NCBI GenBank assembly: GCA_944391855.1
Contig: CALXVB010000005.1
Location: forward strand, 119-64,118
Origin: an uncultured Clostridia bacterium
Lineage (GTDB): Bacteria > Bacillota > Clostridia > TANB77 > CAG-508
Direction: 5' to 3'
DNA: 64,000 nucleotides
Under the pieces are notes generated by a model. That model saw only the letters and a program-made list of their open reading frames with translations. It had not been told where the DNA came from and did not search any database. Numbering within the stretch: position 1 is the stretch's first letter; the number at the start of each line of letters is the position of its first letter. Shown piece after piece: positions 35,439 through 45,216 of this stretch. The position numbers and the translations under genes are program-made.

Positions 35439-35654
35439 ATGTTAAAGAATCAAAAAGGTATCACTTTAGTTGCTTTAGTTATAACAATAGTTATATTAAT
35501 AATACTAGCAACAGTATCAATCACAATCGCTTTAAATGGTGGTCTAGTAGGACATGCTGAAAGTGGTGCAGATGCTTACAAAGCAGCTCAAGATGAAGAA
35601 ACTAAAGGAATTACTAACGTAGAGCATTGGGTAAACGGATTGCTAACAGAATAA
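35439..35654 (+). CDS. pilA: Very short type IV pilin candidate (71-aa precursor, 64-aa mature)
   Basis: Class III leader MLKNQKG / ITLVALVITIVILIILA. Strong SD aaaggagg. A long hairpin terminator follows directly. Confidence 0.7.
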   Translation: MLKNQKGITLVALVITIVILIILATVSITIALNGGLVGHAESGADAYKAAQDEETKGITNVEHWVNGLLTE

Positions 35655-35732
35655 TTGCTAACCTAAAGTGGCAAATTAAAAAAATTTTAAACGGTTTAAG
35701 ATTTCTTTAAACTATGTTAAACTAAAAATATA

Positions 35733-35798
35733 AGAGGTTATTACTTGTCAAATATAATTTAAAATATATAATTATATTTTAAGTATAACCTCTGTTTT
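35733..35798 (+). terminator. Long hairpin terminator after the pilin gene
   Basis: AGAGGTTAT ... ATAACCTCT followed by GTTTT. Confidence 0.7.
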
Positions 35799-35822
35799 AA
35801 AATAAGGAGTATACGATTATAC

Positions 35823-36638
35823 ATGGACTATATATTATATATATTAATATTTTGTATAGGTGCACTGTTTGGTAGCTTTTTTACCTTAGCAGTGTATAGA
35901 ATCCCAATCAGGCAAGATATAACACATACACGTTCGTATTGCCCAAAATGCAATCATAAATTAGGATTTCTAGATATGATTCCAATACTAAGCTATGCAG
36001 TTTTAGGTGGAAAATGTAGGTATTGTAAAGAAAAAATAAGACCAAGATATATATTATTAGAAATTTTATCTGGAGTAGTTTTTGTATTATTTGCACTTTC
36101 TATAAAGTTTAGTTTATTTACAATAAACACTCAATCAATTGTATACTTAATAGCAGGGGCATTATATATAGCAACAATGTTTATTATTGCTGGAATTGAC
36201 AAAGAGAGAATAAGAATCGAAAAGCCAGTTCTATTATTTGGCTTTATTTGTGTTACTATGTATATGATATATCTATATATAGTAGAAAAAGATACTAGTA
36301 TCTATAGATATGTTATTTATTTAATATTAGCTTGCTTATTATTACTATTTAGTATTGTATACTTACGAAAAAAAGGAGAAGATAGCTATTCAATAGATGT
36401 TTTAATACTATCAATGTTAATGGTATTATTTACTTATGAAACAGTGTATATTTATACAGTAATAATTACACTACTTGCAACTGTAGTACAATTACTAATT
36501 TGTAGGTTACATGATAAAAAAAGCAAGGCTCTAAAAAAAGTAAAAATAGAAAATACAAAAGTTCCAATAGGATTTTATATGTGCACCGCTAATATAATTG
36601 TTTTATTAGTAACTAATTTTATGATATTTTACATATAA
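35823..36638 (+). CDS. pilD: Prepilin peptidase (A24 family)
   Basis: CPKCNHKL..CRYCKEKI zinc motif, multi-TM body, first catalytic-Asp context AGIDKE. Confidence 0.8.
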   Translation: MDYILYILIFCIGALFGSFFTLAVYRIPIRQDITHTRSYCPKCNHKLGFLDMIPILSYAVLGGKCRYCKEKIRPRYILLEILSGVVFVLFALSIKFSLFTINTQSIVYLIAGALYIATMFIIAGIDKERIRIEKPVLLFGFICVTMYMIYLYIVEKDTSIYRYVIYLILACLLLLFSIVYLRKKGEDSYSIDVLILSMLMVLFTYETVYIYTVIITLLATVVQLLICRLHDKKSKALKKVKIENTKVPIGFYMCTANIIVLLVTNFMIFYI

Positions 36639-36644
36639 GGTGAT

Positions 36645-37073
36645 ATGATGGAGAAAAAAATAAACATGAATAAAATTAAATTAAAATTAAAATCAGATAA
36701 AGGCTTTACAATGCAAGATGTAATAGCAGCATGCATAATACTTACAATATTTGTTGGAACCATTGTTGCACTTATGACATCTGTGCATAAGACATATATT
36801 AAAACAAGATTAACATCACAGATGGCAACATATGCAGTAGAAATTTTAGAAGATATAGATAAGATTTCATATGCAGATGCTCAAAAAAGAACAGGCTCTT
36901 ATTACAAAAGCAAATTTCAAATACCTGCTGGTTTTGATGTGGATTTAGAATTAACAGATTATGGAGAAAATACCGAAGACGTAATAAAAATTGTAAACTT
37001 AAAAATAACATATACATTACAAGGGGATACGACAGAATATACTGTACAAAGATTGAAAATTAAAGAGGTTTAA
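36645..37073 (+). CDS. Pilin-like (minor pilin) protein
   Basis: Leader ..KLKSDKG / FTMQDVIAACIIL, with Phe+1 and acidic Asp+5. The real start may be ATG 36666, 11 nt after GGAG. Confidence 0.6.
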   Translation: MMEKKINMNKIKLKLKSDKGFTMQDVIAACIILTIFVGTIVALMTSVHKTYIKTRLTSQMATYAVEILEDIDKISYADAQKRTGSYYKSKFQIPAGFDVDLELTDYGENTEDVIKIVNLKITYTLQGDTTEYTVQRLKIKEV

Positions 37074-37102
37074 TAAATAAGGGAAAGGGGTGCTTAAGAT
37101 TT

Positions 37103-37549
37103 ATGCAAATAAAAACTAATCAAAAAGGTATCACATTAACTTCACTTGTTGCATATATGTCTATTCTTATGATAGTTATAGCTGCTATGACTACAATGAG
37201 CACTTTCTTTTTTAGCAATGTTAGCGGAGTTGTAGATACACCAAAATATCTTTCAGAATTTAATAAATTTACTATGTTCTTTGTGACAGATATAAAAAAT
37301 TATACTGCAGCAAATGTTACAAGTAACACTATAGAGTTTGAAGGAGGACCAACGTATAAATATCAAGGAAATGCAATATATAGAAATGATGTAAAAATAG
37401 CAGAATATATTATGAGCTGTAATTTTACATTGTCACAATATAATGTGGATACAACAAGCAAAAATATTATCAATGTAGATATGCAAATAGGTAAAAATGC
37501 TGAAAAATCTGTACAAGAAAATGTTGATTTTGTACTAAAGTATTGGTAA
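37103..37549 (+). CDS. Pilin-like (minor pilin) protein
   Basis: Leader MQIKTNQKG / ITLTSLVAYMSILMIVIAA. SD gggaaagggg. Confidence 0.6.
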   Translation: MQIKTNQKGITLTSLVAYMSILMIVIAAMTTMSTFFFSNVSGVVDTPKYLSEFNKFTMFFVTDIKNYTAANVTSNTIEFEGGPTYKYQGNAIYRNDVKIAEYIMSCNFTLSQYNVDTTSKNIINVDMQIGKNAEKSVQENVDFVLKYW

Positions 37550-37602
37550 TAATATTTATTAAAATGTAGATAATATAGAATACAAATGAAAGGAGAAATT
37601 CT

Positions 37603-39228
37603 ATGGATTCAAAAAAAAGGCAGCCACTAGGAATAGAATTGGTAAAAAGAGGAATTGTATCTGAAGAAGATATTGAAAGAGCATTAGACTATCAAAAAGC
37701 AGAGCCAAAGAAGAAAATAGGAGACATTTTAAATATTTTAAGATTGTGTGACCCTTATATATTAATAAATGCAATGGGTGAAATTTTAGAAGAAAAAGCT
37801 ATATATCTAAAAGAAGGAGATATAAAATTAAATGTAACAGACTATATCTCAATAGATATAGCAAGACAATATAAGGCAATACCTTTTGAGGAAACAAGCG
37901 GAAGGATAAAGGTATGCTTTGCTGATACTTCTAATAGAAGGGCTGTTGAAACTGTAAGACTTTTACTTTTAAATAAAGGTCTTATAATGGAAAAATATAT
38001 TACGTTTGAAACTAATATAGATATAATATTAAATTCATTTGCAGGAAGTTCAGAAAATATAGATTTAAATGCAGATGTATCAGGATTTGTAGATAGCGTA
38101 ATAAAAACAGCTATGGATAAAAGAGCAAGTGATATTCATATAGAACCAATGCAAGAAGGAATGAGAGTAAGATATAGAATAGATGGTGTGTTAATAGATG
38201 CGGCAAATATTGGAAAAGAGAAACAATCACAAATAATAGGTAGATTAAAAGCAATATCTAATATGCATCAAGAGAAGCAGGAATCACAAGATGGTAGAAT
38301 TATAATGTATCCAGATTACAACATTCGTGTATCTTCACAAAAGAATATATATGGAGAGAAATTTGTTTTAAGATTATTAAAGAAAAATGAGGATATAAGG
38401 TCAATATTTGACTTAGGCTTCCCACAAGACGATAAATTAGTAAAAGATGCATTTAATAAAAAGAATAGCATAACAGTTATAGCAGCACCTACTGGAGAAG
38501 GTAAAACAACTACATTATACAGTATTATAGATTATCTAAATAAACCACAAATAAATATAACAACAATAGAAGATCCAGTTGAAATACGTATAAATGGACT
38601 AAATCAAATTGAGGTAGATCCAAAGATTACATTCGCGGATTCACTAAGAACAGTTTTAAGACAGGATCCTGATATTATACTAGTAGGAGAAATAAGAGAT
38701 AAAGAAACAGCAGAAATAGCTATGCAGGCTGGACAAACAGGGCATTATGTATTATCAACAATACACACAATAGATGCAATAGAGGTAATAACAAGATTAA
38801 GAAAAATGGGAGTATCAAATTATGATATTTCTAGTACACTTGCTACTTCAGTTTCACAAAGATTAGTAAGAAGATTATGCCCAGATTGTTCAAAAGAAAG
38901 AGATTTCACCACAGAAGAAAAGGCATTTATAAAAAAAATAGGGGAAAGATATAACGTAAATTTTGATTTAAATGGTAAAAAAACTTACGATGCATGTGGT
39001 TGTAAAAAATGTAATAATACAGGATATCTTGGAAGAATAGGTATATTTGAAATTTTAATATTAAATGATGAAATAAGATCATTAATAGTAGACAATAAAT
39101 CTGCAATAGATATAAGAAATGCAGCTCTAGCTTCTGGATATCTTCCATTTATTATAGATGGAATCAATAAAGTAATAAACGGAACAACTAATATGCAGGA
39201 ATTAAATAATAAATTAGCCCTATACTAA
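37603..39228 (+). CDS. pilB: Type IV pilus assembly ATPase PilB (GspE family)
   Basis: T2SSE N-domain, Walker A APTGEGKTTT, Asp/His boxes, tetracysteine CPDC..CKKC. Confidence 0.9.
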   Translation: MDSKKRQPLGIELVKRGIVSEEDIERALDYQKAEPKKKIGDILNILRLCDPYILINAMGEILEEKAIYLKEGDIKLNVTDYISIDIARQYKAIPFEETSGRIKVCFADTSNRRAVETVRLLLLNKGLIMEKYITFETNIDIILNSFAGSSENIDLNADVSGFVDSVIKTAMDKRASDIHIEPMQEGMRVRYRIDGVLIDAANIGKEKQSQIIGRLKAISNMHQEKQESQDGRIIMYPDYNIRVSSQKNIYGEKFVLRLLKKNEDIRSIFDLGFPQDDKLVKDAFNKKNSITVIAAPTGEGKTTTLYSIIDYLNKPQINITTIEDPVEIRINGLNQIEVDPKITFADSLRTVLRQDPDIILVGEIRDKETAEIAMQAGQTGHYVLSTIHTIDAIEVITRLRKMGVSNYDISSTLATSVSQRLVRRLCPDCSKERDFTTEEKAFIKKIGERYNVNFDLNGKKTYDACGCKKCNNTGYLGRIGIFEILILNDEIRSLIVDNKSAIDIRNAALASGYLPFIIDGINKVINGTTNMQELNNKLALY

Positions 39229-39245
39229 TATTTTGGAGGTAACTA

Positions 39246-40364
39246 ATGATAGATATTGATAGAGTTTTAGATACGGCGAAGAAAAAAGACGCATCAGACG
39301 TTCACTTGATATGTAACTTAAAGCCAATGTTAAGAATAAGAAGAGAATTAATTGAATATGATTGTCCATCGCCTCTAACAGAGGATGATATGTATGAAAT
39401 ATATGATTATTTCGTAAGAGGAAATGTAGAAAAAGATAAAGTATTTAAGGAATACAAGAGACTAGACACTTCATTTGAATTTGATGATATTCGTTTAAGG
39501 GTAAACATCTCACTATCTAATGAGATTCCAATATTTACCTTAAGACTTATAAAAAACGAATTACCTAAATATGAGGATTTAGGAGTACCAGATATAGTAA
39601 GAAGAATGACATATCAACCGCAAGGATTAATACTAGTTACTGGTAAAACCAACTCTGGTAAAACAACAACATTAAATGCATTAATTAATGAAATAAATGA
39701 AAATCAAAATAAAAAAATACTTACATTAGAAAGTCCAATAGAGTATAAGCATACAAGTAAGAAATCAGTTATAGTGCAAAAAGAAATTGGTGCAGGTAGA
39801 GATTGTTTAAATTATAGTGATGGCGTTAAGAACTGTTTAAGAGAAGATTGTGATATACTAGTAATAGGAGAGATTAGAGATAGAGAAACAATGGAAGCAG
39901 CTATAGAAACTGCAGAAGCCGGACATTTAGTTATAGGAACACTTCATACTAAATCATGTGCTGAAACCATAGATAGAATGGTAAACTTCTATGAAATAAG
40001 AGACCAACAAACAGTAAAATATTTAATATCATCATTATTAAAATTAGTAATATCACAAAGATTATTACCAGCAAAATCCGGAAATCTCGCATTAGTTCCA
40101 GAAGTAATGGTTGTTGATAATATTGTTTCTGGATTAATTAGAAAAGAGAAAATAAGTGTATCAGAGATAGAGGATGCTATACAAAGTAACCTTGAAAAAG
40201 GAAGTATAGGATTAATAAATTCAATAGCTGAATTATTTGTAGATGATGTAATAACATTAGATCAAGCTAAGGCTCAAATTGAAGAGAAAAATATAGAAAC
40301 TTTAAATAGAACTATAATGCAATTAAAAATCAAAAAAGAAAAGACTAATAAATTAAATCAATAA
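39246..40364 (+). CDS. pilT: Twitching motility ATPase PilT
   Basis: Walker A GKTNSGKTTT, GEIRDRET, AETGHLV-like AEAGHLVIGTLHT. Confidence 0.9.
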   Translation: MIDIDRVLDTAKKKDASDVHLICNLKPMLRIRRELIEYDCPSPLTEDDMYEIYDYFVRGNVEKDKVFKEYKRLDTSFEFDDIRLRVNISLSNEIPIFTLRLIKNELPKYEDLGVPDIVRRMTYQPQGLILVTGKTNSGKTTTLNALINEINENQNKKILTLESPIEYKHTSKKSVIVQKEIGAGRDCLNYSDGVKNCLREDCDILVIGEIRDRETMEAAIETAEAGHLVIGTLHTKSCAETIDRMVNFYEIRDQQTVKYLISSLLKLVISQRLLPAKSGNLALVPEVMVVDNIVSGLIRKEKISVSEIEDAIQSNLEKGSIGLINSIAELFVDDVITLDQAKAQIEEKNIETLNRTIMQLKIKKEKTNKLNQ

Positions 40365-40400
40365 TATATAATTTAAAATATTATGTAGAAAGGAGAAAAA

Positions 40401-41756
40401 ATGCCAGAGTATATTTATAGAGCAGTTACTTCAAAAGGACAAATTGTACGAAATAGGGTAGAAGACGTAAATAGAAATACCCTTATAAAAAAGCTAAAAA
40501 ATAATGATTTACTTCCAATAAGCATTGTACAAGTAGGTTACAAAAGTAAAAAGTCAAAAGCTAATAGAAGAAACATGATGGACATTGATGACATTATGAA
40601 ACAAGCTGATTCTGCTAATATAATGCAAGGCAGGGTTACAGTGAAGCCTTCAATTAAAGAAAAAATAAATTTAGCACTATCAAGAGACGAGAAAATAACA
40701 ACAAGAGATATTGTCATATTTACTCAAAATTTCTACTTACTTAAAAAGGCAAATTTTAATAATATACATGCTTTAAGCACTATTATAGAAAGTACAGATA
40801 ACTTGTCATTAAGAGGAGTATTGCAAGATATTTTAGCTGGAGTTGAAGCTGGAGAGTATATGTATACCACAATGGAATATTATTCAAATATATTCCCATA
40901 TATATATATAAATATGATAAAAGTTGGAGAATTATCAGGATCATTAACAAAATCATTAGAGCAAGCAGTTAAGTATTTAGAGACTACAGATACAACAGCT
41001 AATAGACTAAGAAAAATAATTATACCAAATGTTTTGCAATTGTTAGCAATTATAGCACTATTAATATTTGGTGTTGCATATATTATTCCAATAATTCAAG
41101 ATGCTTTTGCAGAATCTGGAACAACGCAAACATTGCCAGAAATAACTTTGTGGTTTGTTGATTTTTGTAATGCATTAGCAAGGGTATGGTATATACCAGT
41201 AATTATGATAGCGGCAGTTGTTGGTGTGGTAGTACTATATATAAATACACCAAAAGGGAAATACAATTTTCACTATTTCAAATATAAGATGCCGGTATTT
41301 GGAAAATTAATATATGCAATGGATTTTGCAAGATTAATGAGAGCAATGTTATTAAACTTAGAAAATGGTATGAGAATACAAGAAGCACTGGAAGTAAGTA
41401 AAGCAGTTATAAAAAACTATGTTATGCTGTCAATTATAGAGACTTCTATAAATAATATACTAATTGGTGCTTCGTGGATAGAACCTTTTGAAAATTCAGG
41501 GTTATCATCATCTATGCAAACAGAAATGTTAAAAATAGGTATGCAAACTGATATAGTTGAAATGATGAGAAAACTAGTTGAATACATGGAAATAGATATA
41601 GAAAACTTAATGCAAAAAGTAATGGCAGTACTACCACAGATAGTTTACTCTATAGTAGGTGTATTCCTAATATTCCTTGTAGTTGTAATAATAGTACCTT
41701 GTATACAATTATATATGGGTGCTTGGATATTCGATTCAGTTGATTTACCAATATAG
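40401..41756 (+). CDS. pilC: Type IV pilus platform protein PilC (GspF family)
   Basis: Two GspF-type repeats separated by TM segments. Conserved position after pilB/pilT. Confidence 0.85.
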   Translation: MPEYIYRAVTSKGQIVRNRVEDVNRNTLIKKLKNNDLLPISIVQVGYKSKKSKANRRNMMDIDDIMKQADSANIMQGRVTVKPSIKEKINLALSRDEKITTRDIVIFTQNFYLLKKANFNNIHALSTIIESTDNLSLRGVLQDILAGVEAGEYMYTTMEYYSNIFPYIYINMIKVGELSGSLTKSLEQAVKYLETTDTTANRLRKIIIPNVLQLLAIIALLIFGVAYIIPIIQDAFAESGTTQTLPEITLWFVDFCNALARVWYIPVIMIAAVVGVVVLYINTPKGKYNFHYFKYKMPVFGKLIYAMDFARLMRAMLLNLENGMRIQEALEVSKAVIKNYVMLSIIETSINNILIGASWIEPFENSGLSSSMQTEMLKIGMQTDIVEMMRKLVEYMEIDIENLMQKVMAVLPQIVYSIVGVFLIFLVVVIIVPCIQLYMGAWIFDSVDLPI

Positions 41757-41843
41757 AAAAATAGAAGGATACAAGAAAACTATTCAAATAAAAATTATTA
41801 TGATATAATTTGTTTGAATAGTTTTTTCTTTTTAGGAGGTAAA

Positions 41844-42725
41844 ATGAGAATAGGTATAGATTTAGGCGGAAGTCATATAGGTATTGCATTAATAGAAAAT
41901 AATATTATAAAAGAAAAAATAGAAATAGAGTTAGAAAAAAAAGAAAATATAGTTTTATATATTATGAATATATTAGATCATTATATTAGTAAATTTAAAG
42001 AATGCAATAATATTGAACTAATAGGAATAGCAAGTCCTGGAAATCCTAATAATAGTGACTTTAGCATAACAAATATTGTGAATTTAGGAATAGAAAGATT
42101 AGACTTAAATAATATTGTAGAAAAATATAAAATACCGATAAAGTTAAAAAATGATTCAAAAGCAGCAGGGTTAGCAGAGTTTAAATATGGATCTTTAAAG
42201 GAATATGAAGATGCGGTATTTTTATGTTTAGGCACAGGGATTGGCTCTGCGGTATTCTTAAACGGAAGACTGTTAGAGGCTAATAAATATGTAGGGTTTG
42301 AGTTAGGACATATTGTAATAGATAGAAATGGTTTAAAATGTAATTGTGGCAAAAGAGGCTGTTTTGAAACATATTGCTCTATAAAAAGATTTAAAGAAAA
42401 TGCAAAGAAAATTTTAAAATTAGAGGAAATTCCATCAGAAGAATTACTTGAAAAAATAAAAGATAATATTGCTAATAAAGAAATTAGCAAACTTATAGAA
42501 GAATATATAGATAATCTTATTATAGGACTATCAAATGTAATAGATGTATTTGAGCCGGAAGCAATTAGTTTAGGAGGCAGTTTTGTGTTTTTTAAAGACA
42601 TATTTTACAAAAAACTTGTAAATGAGATGAATAAAAGAAGATATGTATTTAATAAAGAAAGTATACCTGAAATAGTACTAGCAGAGCTAAAAAATGATGC
42701 TGGTATGCTAGGTGCAATATTATAA
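41844..42725 (+). CDS. ROK family sugar kinase (glucokinase-like)
   Basis: MRIGIDLGGSHIG, GLGTGIGSA, zinc motif CNCGKRGCFETY. SD aggaggt before ATG 41844. Confidence 0.85.
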   Translation: MRIGIDLGGSHIGIALIENNIIKEKIEIELEKKENIVLYIMNILDHYISKFKECNNIELIGIASPGNPNNSDFSITNIVNLGIERLDLNNIVEKYKIPIKLKNDSKAAGLAEFKYGSLKEYEDAVFLCLGTGIGSAVFLNGRLLEANKYVGFELGHIVIDRNGLKCNCGKRGCFETYCSIKRFKENAKKILKLEEIPSEELLEKIKDNIANKEISKLIEEYIDNLIIGLSNVIDVFEPEAISLGGSFVFFKDIFYKKLVNEMNKRRYVFNKESIPEIVLAELKNDAGMLGAIL

Positions 42726-42740
42726 TATTAGCATTTAAAT

Positions 42741-42769
42741 TTGACAAAAACAATAAAAAATAGTATAAT
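42741..42769 (+). promoter_or_regulatory. Consensus sigma-A promoter about 450 nt upstream of rnj
   Basis: TTGACA (42741-42746) - 17 nt - TATAAT (42764-42769). Confidence 0.65.
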
Positions 42770-43225
42770 AATTTACAGTTGTTACCAAAATAGGTAAAGA
42801 AGAGATTTATATATAGTAAATATAGTATTGTAAATTATTAAAAATTATAAAATTATGAATAGTAATATAAAAAATATGCTTATGGTGCGGAAAATATATT
42901 AAGCATGTTATATAAAATTATGTAATAAAAAATAGTAAAAAACATACAACAATTTTATAATATGAATTTGCGTGTAATTAATCATGCAATATAGATGAAA
43001 AAGTAATTTATAGTATTATATAGATTACTTTTTATTTTTATATATTACTTTTTGGTGGTAATTTAAGTTTAGATTTTAATTTAAAGTTAAAAATAACACA
43101 TTTGTAATAAGTATAATAAGCATAATAAGTAAAAATAATATAAAAAATAAAATGTTAATATTAATTAAGTTCGTATATAAATTTAAAATGAGAAAATAAA
43201 ATAGAAAAGGAGAGATTTAAATTAC

Positions 43226-44989
43226 ATGGATAACAAAGAAACAATAGAAAAAGCTGTTTTACCAAAAACAGAAACAAGGAAAAAAAGAATGCCAAAAAAG
43301 AATAATACTACTACCTCAAAATTTGAATTTAAAAAGGATAATTTAAAAATTATACCACTTGGTGGATTAGATGAAATAGGAAAGAATATTACAGTATTTG
43401 AGTATGGAAATGACATAGTATTAGTAGACTGTGGATTAGAATTCCCAGAAGATGATATGCTAGGTGTAGACCTAGTAATACCAGATGTCACATATTTGGA
43501 AAAAAATAAGGACAAAATAAGAGGATTAGTAGTAACACACGGACATGAGGATCACATAGGTGCAATACCTTATGTACTAAAAAAAATCAATATGCCAATT
43601 TATGCAACAAGATTAACGATTGGCTTAATAAAAAACAAATTAGAAGAACATAAACTATTAGCTTCTACTAAATTAAATGTAGTAGAACAAGGACAAACTA
43701 TAAATTTTGGGAATATAAAAGTAGAGTTTATTAGAAGTAGCCATAGTATACCAGATTCAGTAATGCTTGCAATACATACACCAGTAGGTGTTGTATTACA
43801 CACAGGAGACTTTAAGGTGGATTTTACACCGATAGATGACAAAATAATGGACTTAGGAAGAATTGCTGAACTTGGAAATAGAGGAATTTTAGCACTAATG
43901 TCAGATAGTACAAACTCTGAAAGAAAGGGCTATACAATGTCTGAAAGAACAATAGGAGAAGTATTTGACAGATTATTTCAAAATAATAAAAAGAGAATAG
44001 TTGTAGCAACCTTTGCTTCAAATGTACACAGGGTACAACAAATTGTGAATTCGGCAGAGAAATATGGTAGAAAAATTGCAGTATGTGGCAGAAGTATGAT
44101 AAATATGATAGAAACAGCAAGAGAAATAGGCTATATCGACGCACCAGAAAATATGTTTATAGATATAGATATGATAAAAAATTATACTGATGACCAGTTA
44201 GTAATAATAACTACAGGAAGCCAGGGAGAAACAATGTCTGCATTAACAAGGATGGCAGCAGGAGAACACAAAAAAGTAGTTATTACACCAAATGATATGG
44301 TGATAATATCTGCAACACCAATACCAGGAAACGAGAAATTAGTATCAAATGTAATAAATGATTTAATGCAAATAGGTGCAGAAGTTATATATAGTGCATT
44401 AGAAAATGTTCACGTTTCTGGACACGCATGCCAAGAAGAGCAAAGACTAATAATTTCACTTGCGAAACCAAAATATTTTATACCAGTTCATGGTGAATAT
44501 AGACAACTAAGAGCGCATGCAGAAACAGCAAAAGAAATGGGAATTTCAGCAGAAAATATATTCATATTAGAAAATGGTAAAACTTTAGAATTAAATAGAA
44601 AAGAAGCAAAAATAACTACTTCAGTTCCATCAGGAAAGATATTAGTAGATGGTCTAGGTGTAGGAGACGTTGGAAACATAGTCTTAAGAGATAGACAACA
44701 TTTATCACAGGATGGATTAATAGTTATTGTTATGACAATGGATGGTTCAACAGGAGAAATAGTATCAGGACCTGACGTTGTATCAAGAGGATTTGTATAT
44801 GTAAGGGAATCAGAAACTTTAATGGAAGACGTAAAGAAAGTTATTAACCAAGAGGTAAGAAACTTTGAAGAAGAGGGGATTCGTGATTGGTCAACAATTA
44901 AATCAACATTAAAAGATGATTTAAGAGATTATATATTCCAAAGAACAAAACGTAATCCTATGATACTACCTATTATAATGGAAGTATAA
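43226..44989 (+). CDS. rnj: Ribonuclease J
   Basis: Beta-lactamase/beta-CASP motifs HGHEDHIGAIPY, plus a C-terminal domain. About 35-aa basic N-terminal extension. Confidence 0.95.
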   Translation: MDNKETIEKAVLPKTETRKKRMPKKNNTTTSKFEFKKDNLKIIPLGGLDEIGKNITVFEYGNDIVLVDCGLEFPEDDMLGVDLVIPDVTYLEKNKDKIRGLVVTHGHEDHIGAIPYVLKKINMPIYATRLTIGLIKNKLEEHKLLASTKLNVVEQGQTINFGNIKVEFIRSSHSIPDSVMLAIHTPVGVVLHTGDFKVDFTPIDDKIMDLGRIAELGNRGILALMSDSTNSERKGYTMSERTIGEVFDRLFQNNKKRIVVATFASNVHRVQQIVNSAEKYGRKIAVCGRSMINMIETAREIGYIDAPENMFIDIDMIKNYTDDQLVIITTGSQGETMSALTRMAAGEHKKVVITPNDMVIISATPIPGNEKLVSNVINDLMQIGAEVIYSALENVHVSGHACQEEQRLIISLAKPKYFIPVHGEYRQLRAHAETAKEMGISAENIFILENGKTLELNRKEAKITTSVPSGKILVDGLGVGDVGNIVLRDRQHLSQDGLIVIVMTMDGSTGEIVSGPDVVSRGFVYVRESETLMEDVKKVINQEVRNFEEEGIRDWSTIKSTLKDDLRDYIFQRTKRNPMILPIIMEV

Positions 44990-45050
44990 TATTATTATAT
45001 GTAATAGAAGAATATTTTTTCAATTTTTGAATAAAATAAAGATATAATTG

Positions 45051-45079
45051 TTGACATTCTTTTTTCAAAATGTTACAAT
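45051..45079 (+). promoter_or_regulatory. Near-consensus sigma-A promoter with extended -10
   Basis: TTGACA (45051-45056) - 17 nt - TACAAT (45074-45079), preceded by TGt. Confidence 0.65.
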
Positions 45080-45085
45080 TATTAT

Positions 45086-45208
45086 ACCAAAAGGAAAAAT
45101 ACCTTTGTTCGGTCGATAGCTAGATACTGATTTTAAATAATTAAGCGTATGTTAAGTACGTCAGTCTAGTTGGGAGGAGGCTACTTGAGTAGCCTCTTTT
45201 CATTATTA
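45086..45208 (+). ncRNA. Candidate small RNA of about 120 nt (class not recognised)
   Basis: Bounded by the promoter above and by the intrinsic terminator GAGGCTACT tga AGTAGCCTC TTTT (45176-45200). Internal stem CTAGA(ta)CTGA / TCAGTCTAG. No ORF longer than 6 codons. Confidence 0.4.
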
Positions 45209-45216
45209 TATATTTT

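Noticed and set aside
41981-42601. 206-aa ORF antisense to the ROK kinase gene
   Set aside because: Same antisense-frame artefact, with no SD and no recognisable motif. The sense strand has clear ROK signatures.
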